Shown piece by piece: positions 46,036-54,644 of a stretch of 64,000 nt of DNA (its first letter is position 1; every line of letters starts with the position of its first letter). Under the pieces are notes generated by a model that saw only the letters and a program-made list of their open reading frames with translations, had not been told where the DNA came from and did no database searches. The stretch is from Candidatus Cloacimonadota bacterium (GTDB lineage Bacteria > Cloacimonadota > Cloacimonadia > Cloacimonadales > TCS61), in contig JASUTE010000004.1 of NCBI GenBank assembly GCA_030445745.1, positions 88,173 to 152,172 of the forward strand. Reading direction: 5' to 3'. A program made the translations under genes and the position numbers.

Positions 46036-46928
46036 CTTTCACCTAAATACTCTTCCAATTTTTTGCGAGGTAAATTCAAAATTCCATATTGTAGCCCCTT
46101 ATCACTAACAAATATTTCCTGCACTCCAAAATAAGCAACGATTTCTTTCACTATCATAGTGCCAGTTAGAATTATCTCTGCCCGCTTAGGCTCGAATGGC
46201 ATTATCTTTTGCAGTGTTTTTCGGTTGCTGTTTTTTAGTTTGGAAAGTATTGTCTGCAGTTCAGATTCGGTCAGAATTTGTTTATGGATCTTGCTGGTAT
46301 CGTATTCGTCCATATTTTGGGAAATTGCCACCAGCGAAGTAACAGTTCCGCCAATCCCAACTAATTTTGCCTTTGTTTTAGGAAGCTTACGCAAAATTTC
46401 GCGAGTATATTTCAATCTATTTTTCATATTGGAAAACTCATTATGCAGCCGGCGAATCCCCAGTTCCAAGCTAAACATTTTATCTATTTTACCATCGTTT
46501 ACATAGGTAAATTCTGTGCTGCCACCACCCACATCGAACAGCAGCAGCTGTGAAAATTCTGCAAAATCGCCTAAGTTGGCCAGGCCGTTCAAATAAGCTT
46601 CTTCCTCACCCGAGATTATCTTGAAATTTATATTAAACCTGCTCTTTAGCCAAGTTTGCAGCAGTTTTATGTTAGCTGCACGCCGGGCAGTGCTGGTGCC
46701 AACTACAATAATATTGCTGGTAAAAAATTTACAATACTGAATATATTCCCGTAAAATTTTCTTGGCTCTAGCTAAAGCAGCACCAGTAATATTATCAGCT
46801 CGCATATTACGGCCTAGTGCCGAAGTGCGCGAACTTTTTTTCAGAGTAATTATCTCATCGTTTTGTTTGCGGGCAATAAGTAGCAAAATATTATTGGTGC
46901 CCACATCTATAACTGCGTATTTTTCCAT
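46032..46928 (-). CDS. Ppx/GppA family phosphatase (short form)
   Basis: YAVIDVGTNNILLLIA, DVGGGSTEF and IGGTVTS (ASKHA-fold Ppx/GppA motifs). 298 aa. Confidence 0.8.
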   Translation of the reverse strand: MEKYAVIDVGTNNILLLIARKQNDEIITLKKSSRTSALGRNMRADNITGAALARAKKILREYIQYCKFFTSNIIVVGTSTARRAANIKLLQTWLKSRFNINFKIISGEEEAYLNGLANLGDFAEFSQLLLFDVGGGSTEFTYVNDGKIDKMFSLELGIRRLHNEFSNMKNRLKYTREILRKLPKTKAKLVGIGGTVTSLVAISQNMDEYDTSKIHKQILTESELQTILSKLKNSNRKTLQKIMPFEPKRAEIILTGTMIVKEIVAYFGVQEIFVSDKGLQYGILNLPRKKLEEYLGER

Positions 46929-46931
46929 TTT

Positions 46932-47741
46932 CTAATAATGATAGATCGCTTTGATATTTTCGGCCTGCATCCCTTTATCTTTTACCTCTTTCAATTCAAA
47001 TTCAAATATTTGCTGGCGATTAGGAAGCTCTCGCTCATCAATATTGTCTGGCAACTGTGAGCTATGTACAAAAGCAGTACCGTAAGGTGAGAGTTCATTA
47101 CGTGAATCTGTTATCCACAGTCCGCCTCTCAAATCTTTCATATAGCGCATAAAACCATATTTTTTTTCGGGAAAATAGGAATAACAAACTCCGCGATAAT
47201 GTTTATTTCCATTTTCATGTTCCGGTTCCAACAGATCCGGCACCAAATAACCAGAAGTAAATACATCAGCCTCGTTTCTAAGTTGATGAGCTACATTCTT
47301 GAAGGCTAATATCTCTACACGGCAGCCTTTATTTTGTAACGCGCGTACTACTTGTACAAAATCACCATCACCGGAAACCAACAACACGTAATCCAATCTT
47401 TCCGACTGCAAAAGCGCATCTACAGCCATATCCAAATCGGCATTGGCTTTACCATAGCGAACTCCATTATCATCATAGAACCAGCGCACTTTTTTTACGA
47501 TAACCTTGAAACCAAAATCGCGTAATACATTATGAAAATTTTGCGATTTTTTACGATATTCCGGGTTTTTGTTTGCCATCTCCTCATCATAAGCAACATA
47601 AGCATTTAAGCGCATGGCAACGCCATTGTTGCGGCAGGCAAATTCTCTTAGAATATCATATTGCATGCCATAACCGCCATTTTGGGCAATATTGGCCACA
47701 TCTACGTAAACTCCTACTTTTAAACATCCGTCATTTTTCAT
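46932..47741 (-). CDS. NYN (LabA-like) nuclease domain fused to a C-terminal cold-shock-like OB domain
   Basis: N-terminal VGVYVDVANI...LVSGDGDF is the NYN/LabA pattern. C-terminal YRGVCYSYFPEKKYGFMRY...AFVHSSQL...QIFEFEL...GMQAENI is the CSD pattern. Confidence 0.75.
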   Translation of the reverse strand: MKNDGCLKVGVYVDVANIAQNGGYGMQYDILREFACRNNGVAMRLNAYVAYDEEMANKNPEYRKKSQNFHNVLRDFGFKVIVKKVRWFYDDNGVRYGKANADLDMAVDALLQSERLDYVLLVSGDGDFVQVVRALQNKGCRVEILAFKNVAHQLRNEADVFTSGYLVPDLLEPEHENGNKHYRGVCYSYFPEKKYGFMRYMKDLRGGLWITDSRNELSPYGTAFVHSSQLPDNIDERELPNRQQIFEFELKEVKDKGMQAENIKAIYHY

Positions 47742-47758
47742 AAATATCCTTTCTTTTT

Positions 47759-49417
47759 TTAAAATCTACTTTCAACTCCAAAATGCAATAATCCTTGCAT
47801 TGGAGCACTAAATTTTCCGTTTTGATAATTTAAGGCATAATCTAAATGAAATAAACCTAATCTGGTTTGCAACATCAAACCAGCACCAAAACCGCACAAT
47901 AGACCATATTTGTAAACATCATTTTCTATATACCCATGATCGATAAAAATATAACTACGGCTAGTACGAGATAACAAATATCTAAACTCCAAAGTTGTTA
48001 CAGCCGTTCTGTAACCATAAAATTCATTTTCTCTAAATCCACGCAGACTATTGTAGCCGCCTATTTCATAATAATCCAGATCTGTTAAATCCTTATTTTC
48101 TGCTACCTTGATTTTTGTTTGCAAAGCTAAACTAAGTCTATTTTTAATTGGAATATAACGCGCTGCTTCCCACTCTACGGCCTGGTGCGAGTTTTCTTCC
48201 GAACCGCTATCGTTCATGATATAAAAATAGCGTAGTGAAAATGTTTGCCCATCGCGAGGATTTTTGCGATTATCCACATTCCTATATTCCCATAACACAC
48301 CTGTTTTAGTATAATTGCTTTTTTCGTATATTTTAGGTCGGCGGCTTCCCGGGTAAATTCCATTCCATCCCAAAATAATTCCATAACGACTTTTTAGGTC
48401 CGTATAATAAACTTCAGTTTCTACTTCTGTGTCAATGTAGGTAGAATCTACTTCTTCGCGAAATAAGGAAAGATCGGCATTTACTGGCACGCTATTTACT
48501 CCAGTTTCGTGATAGTTCAATTGTACAGAACTGCGAGAAGCTACCAACCTCTGCCATTGTAAAGACAAAGACCGCCCCGTTCCAGATAAATTCATAAACT
48601 GCAAATCCACGAAACCTGTCAGTTGATTGTCTTCCTGGGCCGAATTATCGTAACCTAGCAAAAAAGCTAACTGAGTCATTTTATCTTCTTCAATTTTTAT
48701 AAGCAAATTATCTGAATTTACAGGGATAATTTCTGCATTTTTAATGTATTCTTCATCTTCCAGATTTTCTTCTGCTAAACGAATGAGTTCTGGTGTAAGC
48801 AATTGGTAGTTTTGTAGGCCTGAAAGTCGAATTAAAGTATTTTCGGTAGTCACTTTGTTGCCTTGAAACCTAAAATTCTCAATCTCACAAGGCTTACCCT
48901 CGTTGATTTTTAAAAATACTTTCAGGTTTTCATCTGTTTTTACAATTTTTTGCAAGGAAATAGAAGCAAAAAGAAAACTCTGGTCATTGTAATATTGCAC
49001 TATTTCTTTCATAAATTTGGGAAGCTGTTGCAATTGAGAAACATTTCCAACCTGCTCTCTTAGTTTATTGCTGGTTATATAAGAATTACCGGTAAATTCT
49101 ATACTAGCAATATTGATATTGGCATTTTCTTGTATTGAATAGATAATTTTTAATTTTTGAGCTGGCAAAAACTCTATGTCTGGTTGAAATATTTTGGCAA
49201 AATAGAGTCCTTTGTTTTGATAAAGCCTGCTAAGGCGCTGGGCATCTTCACTAAGTTTTTGTTCGGAATATTCCGCCCCTGGCTTTAAACTTAAAATTTT
49301 TAAGATCTGTTCATCGTTTATTAGCTGATTACCTTCTAAAACTACATCTTCCACAATAACCTGTGCTACCAGAGAAGTACAAAAAAACATTAGGAAAAGC
49401 AGCTGGCTAATTTTCAT
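47759..49417 (-). CDS. BamA/TamA-family outer-membrane protein (short, reduced POTRA region)
   Basis: Signal peptide, POTRA-like N-terminal repeats, and an Omp85 barrel with ...GGYNSLRGF... and a C-terminal ...LLHFGVESRF. At 552 aa it is shorter than a canonical five-POTRA BamA. Confidence 0.75.
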   Translation of the reverse strand: MKISQLLFLMFFCTSLVAQVIVEDVVLEGNQLINDEQILKILSLKPGAEYSEQKLSEDAQRLSRLYQNKGLYFAKIFQPDIEFLPAQKLKIIYSIQENANINIASIEFTGNSYITSNKLREQVGNVSQLQQLPKFMKEIVQYYNDQSFLFASISLQKIVKTDENLKVFLKINEGKPCEIENFRFQGNKVTTENTLIRLSGLQNYQLLTPELIRLAEENLEDEEYIKNAEIIPVNSDNLLIKIEEDKMTQLAFLLGYDNSAQEDNQLTGFVDLQFMNLSGTGRSLSLQWQRLVASRSSVQLNYHETGVNSVPVNADLSLFREEVDSTYIDTEVETEVYYTDLKSRYGIILGWNGIYPGSRRPKIYEKSNYTKTGVLWEYRNVDNRKNPRDGQTFSLRYFYIMNDSGSEENSHQAVEWEAARYIPIKNRLSLALQTKIKVAENKDLTDLDYYEIGGYNSLRGFRENEFYGYRTAVTTLEFRYLLSRTSRSYIFIDHGYIENDVYKYGLLCGFGAGLMLQTRLGLFHLDYALNYQNGKFSAPMQGLLHFGVESRF

Positions 49418-50468
49418 TCTGATAATTTTCTATAACCTCCAGCAGACCCTCGATCAGCTTATTTTCCGGCACTGTTTTCAGGATTTCACCCTTCTTAAAG
49501 ATTATCCCCTGATGTTTACCACCAGCAATACCAAAGTCTGCTTCCTTGGCTTCGCCAGGGCCATTTACTACACAGCCCATCACAGCCACTTTCAGGTCGG
49601 CATCAGCATATTTTTGCAATCTTTTTTCCACTTCTGCGGCAATACCGATAACATCGATTTCTGTACGCCCGCAGGTGGGGCATGAAATAATCTCTAAACC
49701 CTTGCGCAATCCTAAATCACGCAAGATATGCTGAGCAACTGCTACTTCTTTTACTGGGTCAGCTGTTAGCGAAACCCGAATTGTGTCGCCGATACCCTCA
49801 GCCAGCAAAGTACCAATGCCGATCGCAGATTTTATAGTACCACTAAACTCGCTCCCAGCTTCAGTTACTCCCAAATGCAAGGGATAATCCACTTTTTGGC
49901 TCAATAAGCGATAAGCTGCTAGGGTAAAAGGTACCGAAGATGCTTTCACCGATATTTTCATATCATAATAACCTGCTTTTTCCAAAATTGCTACGTGTTC
50001 CAAAGCACTTTCCACCAATGCTTGCGGTGTTACCCCATATTTTTTTATCATTTCTGGAGAAAGCGAACCGCTATTTACACCAATTCGAATGGGAATTTGC
50101 TTAGGTTTGGCTGCTTCTATAACCTTCAGCACATTTTGGTAGCTGCCAATGTTGCCTGGGTTCAATCTAAGGCCATCTATACCGCCTTCAATGCTGGCCA
50201 CAGCCAGTTTATAATCGAAATGTATATCGGCGATAAGCGGCACCGTACTTGCTTGCACCAATTTCGGAATAGCTTCTGCTGCTTCTTTATTAGGTACAGC
50301 AACTCGCACTATTTCGCAACCGGCAGCAGCCAACTGCTCGATTTGCCGGCTTGTTTCGGGAATATTTTGAGTATAAGTATTGGTCATCGACTGAATCGAA
50401 ATCGGATTATCGCCGCCAATGCCAACCTTTCCAACAAATATCTCTCTGGTTTTATGTCTTGGGAACAT
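49407..50468 (-). CDS. ispG: 4-hydroxy-3-methylbut-2-en-1-yl diphosphate synthase
   Basis: 353 aa with IGGDNPISIQSMT, VRVAVP and Cys ligands CPTCGRT...GCVVNGPGE. Confidence 0.93.
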   Translation of the reverse strand: MFPRHKTREIFVGKVGIGGDNPISIQSMTNTYTQNIPETSRQIEQLAAAGCEIVRVAVPNKEAAEAIPKLVQASTVPLIADIHFDYKLAVASIEGGIDGLRLNPGNIGSYQNVLKVIEAAKPKQIPIRIGVNSGSLSPEMIKKYGVTPQALVESALEHVAILEKAGYYDMKISVKASSVPFTLAAYRLLSQKVDYPLHLGVTEAGSEFSGTIKSAIGIGTLLAEGIGDTIRVSLTADPVKEVAVAQHILRDLGLRKGLEIISCPTCGRTEIDVIGIAAEVEKRLQKYADADLKVAVMGCVVNGPGEAKEADFGIAGGKHQGIIFKKGEILKTVPENKLIEGLLEVIENYQNEN

Positions 50469-50475
50469 TTTTCTC

Positions 50476-53400
50476 CTATTTCAAATAAAGCATTCGGCGA
50501 ACATCACAGTTGTGACTAGCTTGCAATTTGATGAAATAAATTCCAGTTGCCAAATCCTGTTGCTGCATATTCCAACTTATTTTGTGCTCACCTGTGCCAA
50601 ATTTACCAACAGCCAATTTTTTGACAAGCTGTCCTTTAATATTGTAAGCATTCAGCTGGATCTTTTGTGGAGATTTCAGTTTAAACTTTATTTCGGTAGA
50701 ACTATTTTTGGCAGAAGTAGGTGTGAAGGGATTGGGATAAACTGCGGTAATTTTAGCTGCTTGCGGTATGAATTCGGGTTGTTGGTCGTTGGCAACCAGC
50801 TCATAATTCAGATCCGTTGTATTTTCTATCATATTGTAATAAAAAGTTACATCTGCTGTTTGGGAAATAGAAAAATTCAAATTGCCACTGGTTGTATTCT
50901 GATCCCAATTGTTATTCAGCACGATTTTGTATTCGTAACTGCCAGCTGGAATTTGCACCAGGCGAGTGAAAATACCGTCTCCGCTCACCTCATCGCCATT
51001 CAAGCCTTCATCGTTCATCACAGTAAGCTCGGTTTGCTCATTCCAATTAGTTCCACCAATTGCTGCCAAAAAATCTCCCGCTACAACTGGTAAATTCGTA
51101 CTATGGCATACATATTCAATACCTTCATAAGTTTCTATTTGAGCTCCGCAATTCACGTAAAATTTTACTTCAGTTGCATCGTCTAAGACAATCGCCTGAT
51201 TTTCGGAAGGATAATCATTATCATCCCAAGCATCACTTTCCACAACTTTGTATTCATGCACACCAGCATCCAGAGCTAAGGTTACTTGCCAAAGTCCATT
51301 ATTTTGCAATATAAGATCATAACTATGGTTATCAACTTGCCACGCATTGAAAGAACCAACCAAATGCGGACGAATCACGTTTACTACAGCTACTGTATTT
51401 TGTTCTGGAGCAATCTCGTTGCCATTCAAATCGGTTATGTTTTGCAAAACAACTTCGCCGAGGTCATCAGCAGAAAAATCGTTATTCGCTGTAAGCACTA
51501 CCCGCCGGTTGTGGGTAAGCACTGCTTCTGCAACGGTGTAGGAACCACTGAAACCTTGCAGCTGATAGTTAGCTTCATTTTCAGCTGCAGCAACATTTAT
51601 AGCTTCCGAAAATGTCAGCTGCAATTTATTTTGACCTACCCAGGCAGCCTGCTCTTGCCAAACTGTGGGTGGAATGTCATCTTCCAAAATAGTTGCCAGG
51701 TTATCTAACTCTTCTACTTTGTTGTTGTATTCATCGTAAGGTGCGCTAGTGTAGCCAGCATACAAAAATAATTTAAAACTAGCACCACCTTTGATCTCAT
51801 CTCCCATCACCAAAGTGCCTTCAAAGGTTGAGTTATGCTGAGCACCGCCGTTTCCTAAAACATAAGCAGCGGTAGCTCCGCTAGTGCTGTTCCTTCTACC
51901 GCAATAACTTCCGAAATCACCCCACATACGCTGCACATTTTCCTTTCCAGACCAAATAAGATCTAGAAGATCGGGGGACCAACCACTTTTCACGTAGGTA
52001 TCGCCACTTCCAGCATATTCTACTTCCAAATAGGAATTACCGGTTTGCAATTTACAGATTTTGGTAACATCATTTTTAGTGAATTCTACTTCTACTTCAT
52101 CACCGCTGGTCTGTAGCAAATTCCATTCGTAAATATCGTGTTGCAAATTGGGTGACGATTCGGAGAGAGCAGCCACATGGTTGTTGGAAGACTCGTTATA
52201 GTCGCCATCTGTTTCCGACCAATAAGCCATATCGGAGCCAACGACTGAGTACTGGCCGCCGTTATCATCTTTAGCAAAAATCCAGTTAGCCTTACCGCCA
52301 ATACTCTCGAACACAGCCATCAGCTTATCGTTATGCATCACTACTTCATCCACTCCATCACGGTCGATATCTTCCAAATAAGCTGCGGTGGTTGCGGCAT
52401 AATCTCCATTAGCCCAGCGCGAAGCTTCGGCATAAACATTGGCATTTTTCATGTGGGCAGAATAACGATGTTCCCAACCAGAGATCTCCTCGCCATCGTG
52501 CCAGCCAGTTTCGTGCAAATTTATCATCAAAGTGTACCAACCCAACTGTGCCAGGTTGTTATCGGGGCAATTTATTAAATTTTCGTAAGCATTATTCCAA
52601 ATAAATCCATAATTCCATTTAGGATCATGAAAATCGGAATGCGATTCGGCACCAGCCCAATGGGTATACCAACCGTTGTTTCCGCCCCCATAACCATCAG
52701 TTCCTCCCAAAAGACCATAAGTACCATGGGTAATATCGGCGGTAACGCCATTGAAATCGGGATTGGTTAATGCATTATCCAGCTTCCAAACATTTACACC
52801 TGGATAGTTATCGTGACAGTACCAGAGAACATTTTCGTAGTTATCTAGGAAAAAGCTGCCGTCGTGTTCGTTCATTTCTGCTGCCACTTCCCAATCTGTA
52901 CCATAAACACAGATGTTATACTGTCCCATGCCGGCAATCTGGTTTTTGACAGCATTGGCGTCGTAGTGCATATTACCGACAAATTCGTTATTTATGGGAA
53001 TCACGCGCAGGTCGATATCGGAGCCATTTGACATCCAGTGTATCTTGCGATTATCGTATCCACTCAAATGAGGCCAGTCATCCAAAACCACGCCCCAAAC
53101 ATCGTGCTGAGTCCAATTATCTCCTAGCCAATCAATTACACCAGCATCGGGATAATAACCCGGAGCTAACCATACTCTTTCGGGGACCCAAGCAACATGG
53201 GGAACGTAGTTGTAGCGGTAATCTACCATGTCACATTCAATATTTACCGACCAATTATTCATTTCATTTTGCACAAAAGGCATTATATGTTGTCCTAAAG
53301 CAGAGGTCATCATCGCTGCCTGGCCATCGGCGGACATCTGAGTAAGCCAGTCGTTGAATTCGGGATTGTGCCATTGAGCAGCTGGCATAAGTGTGCCCGA

Positions 53401-53748
53401 CATATGAAAATTGCCAGGAACACCAGTCGCTTCGTGCACTTCCAAAACCTCATCAAATCCACTTCCATCTAAACCGCTTTCACCACTGGCACTACCATAG
53501 AAAACCTCGGTGTAGGTAAGTCCTTGATTTCCATGATGCACAAAAGCACAGTTGCCAGTATCGCGAGAACGCCTTAGCTTCCCAACAAAACTATCCTGCA
53601 ATTCGCCTTCTAAAACAGTTTTAATACTTATTTGCTTATTTTTGGCTAAATATTTAGGTATTTTTAACTCTAGCAAATTATTTTGTGGTGTACGCAAGAA
53701 ATCATACTCAGCATTTTCGGCGTAAAGCTTGTCCAGATTTAAGCGCAA
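50476..53748 (-). CDS. GH57-like glycoside hydrolase with Ig-like domain, two CBM-like modules and a T9SS C-terminal sorting domain; body of a probably frameshift-split gene
   Basis: GH57-like regions: FVHHGNQG (region I variant), HVAWVPERVW (nucleophile region), VYGTDWE, HETGWHDG. CBM-like repeats: GVHEYKVVESDAWDDNDYP and GSYEYKIVLNNNWDQN. The C-terminal VYPNPFTP...GIYFIKLQASHNCDVRRMLYLK is a sorting domain. No signal peptide follows the annotated TTG start (see findings). Confidence 0.6.
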   Translation of the reverse strand: MRLNLDKLYAENAEYDFLRTPQNNLLELKIPKYLAKNKQISIKTVLEGELQDSFVGKLRRSRDTGNCAFVHHGNQGLTYTEVFYGSASGESGLDGSGFDEVLEVHEATGVPGNFHMSGTLMPAAQWHNPEFNDWLTQMSADGQAAMMTSALGQHIMPFVQNEMNNWSVNIECDMVDYRYNYVPHVAWVPERVWLAPGYYPDAGVIDWLGDNWTQHDVWGVVLDDWPHLSGYDNRKIHWMSNGSDIDLRVIPINNEFVGNMHYDANAVKNQIAGMGQYNICVYGTDWEVAAEMNEHDGSFFLDNYENVLWYCHDNYPGVNVWKLDNALTNPDFNGVTADITHGTYGLLGGTDGYGGGNNGWYTHWAGAESHSDFHDPKWNYGFIWNNAYENLINCPDNNLAQLGWYTLMINLHETGWHDGEEISGWEHRYSAHMKNANVYAEASRWANGDYAATTAAYLEDIDRDGVDEVVMHNDKLMAVFESIGGKANWIFAKDDNGGQYSVVGSDMAYWSETDGDYNESSNNHVAALSESSPNLQHDIYEWNLLQTSGDEVEVEFTKNDVTKICKLQTGNSYLEVEYAGSGDTYVKSGWSPDLLDLIWSGKENVQRMWGDFGSYCGRRNSTSGATAAYVLGNGGAQHNSTFEGTLVMGDEIKGGASFKLFLYAGYTSAPYDEYNNKVEELDNLATILEDDIPPTVWQEQAAWVGQNKLQLTFSEAINVAAAENEANYQLQGFSGSYTVAEAVLTHNRRVVLTANNDFSADDLGEVVLQNITDLNGNEIAPEQNTVAVVNVIRPHLVGSFNAWQVDNHSYDLILQNNGLWQVTLALDAGVHEYKVVESDAWDDNDYPSENQAIVLDDATEVKFYVNCGAQIETYEGIEYVCHSTNLPVVAGDFLAAIGGTNWNEQTELTVMNDEGLNGDEVSGDGIFTRLVQIPAGSYEYKIVLNNNWDQNTTSGNLNFSISQTADVTFYYNMIENTTDLNYELVANDQQPEFIPQAAKITAVYPNPFTPTSAKNSSTEIKFKLKSPQKIQLNAYNIKGQLVKKLAVGKFGTGEHKISWNMQQQDLATGIYFIKLQASHNCDVRRMLYLK

Positions 53749-54041
53749 TTTTCTCCCATCGATTGCAATACCAGTTCAATTTTTTTATTTTTGTAATTAT
53801 CCTTGGAAAATTTCAAGTGAGAGCGAGTAGCCATATCATCAAATGTTATTCTTAGGAAACTATCGTCAGTTTCTTGTCTGAAATAAACCGAAGCAATATC
53901 TCCTAAATTTTTGGCATCGCCCACTTTATCGAAGCCAATCAAATCTTGTTGTCGCCAGTTTTGGGGGTTGCCGGTGAACTGAAAGGCCAATATTAAACCA
54001 ATTTGCATAAAAAAGTATAAAACAAAGATATATTTTTTCAT
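53739..54041 (-). CDS. signal-peptide-bearing N-terminal fragment, probably the 5' part of the GH57-like gene
   Basis: 100 aa starting MKKYIFVLYFFMQIGLILA (signal peptide). It overlaps the downstream ORF by 10 nt in a different frame. An A4 run at 53749-53752 lies in the overlap. Confidence 0.5.
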   Translation of the reverse strand: MKKYIFVLYFFMQIGLILAFQFTGNPQNWRQQDLIGFDKVGDAKNLGDIASVYFRQETDDSFLRITFDDMATRSHLKFSKDNYKNKKIELVLQSMGENCA

Positions 54042-54225
54042 TTCTCCTCCTCATTTCTTTCTAAGTTATTCTTTTGATATTTGTCAATTTAAAATATTCA
54101 CTGGTAAACCCCGAATTTTTGATAATGTCCAGAACTGGTGTAAAAAAGTTGAGCCAAAATTCAATCCTCATAACTTGGTTTAAGCAAAAATCAAAACAAG
54201 GACTAGAATAATAGCTCAAGTGTAA

Positions 54226-54513
54226 ATTAATTTAGATAGTAAATTATGGCAAGGTTTTAATGATATTTTAGCAGTTCTAATACTTCCCTTTAGATATCGT
54301 GGAAGCTTGCAAACAACCAATAGCATTGAACGTTTAAATAAAGAGATCAAAAGGAGGGGAAGAGTAATAAGAGTATTTCCGAACGAAGCTTCTGTGATAA
54401 GATTGTTTGGAGCTTTGCTACATGAGCATCATAAAAAGTGGATAACAGGCAGAAAATATTTAGATATGGAAGCTATAAAGAAAAAAAGTGAAAATATACT
54501 AAAAAGTGTTTAA
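54226..54513 (+). pseudogene. IS256-family transposase, C-terminal remnant only
   Basis: The open frame gives ...DILAVLILPFRYRGSLQTTNSIERLNKEIKRRGRVIRVFPNEASVIRLFGALLHEHHKKW, which matches the conserved IS256-family C-terminal block (TTN.iErlN..iKrR....FPn). The N-terminal ~300 aa, including the DDE residues, are absent. Confidence 0.7.
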
Positions 54514-54644
54514 ATCTTTTATGAGGAATTTACATACTTTTGGGGACTTGACTGTTTAATAGATATTTAAAGTAAGAAATATAAATTGTTTGACGTTTTT
54601 TCTTACAAACTTTTTTTGAACCGAAAATAGGATAAGGAGAGCTT

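Noticed and set aside
50419-51093. Long antisense ORFs in the track. Examples are 50419-51093 (+), 49995-50519 (+), 51286-51708 (+), 5179-5577 (-), 6144-6554 (-), 32960-33376 (+), 44358-44771 (-), 253-621 (+) and 36481-36831 (+).
   Set aside because: Each lies entirely opposite a gene with strong family-level motifs (GH57-like, ispG, phnC, phnE, TPR protein, psuG, serpin, hutH). Their translations are low-complexity, Cys/Phe/Ile-rich and lack any recognisable motif or RBS. They are shadow ORFs.
53780-53786. An A7 (plus-strand T7) homopolymer, considered as the frameshift or slippage site joining the two GH57-like ORFs.
   Set aside because: Any shift there into the large ORF's frame immediately meets the TGA at 53776-53778. 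Only a change within 53742-53775 (the A4 run at 53749-53752) can fuse the frames.
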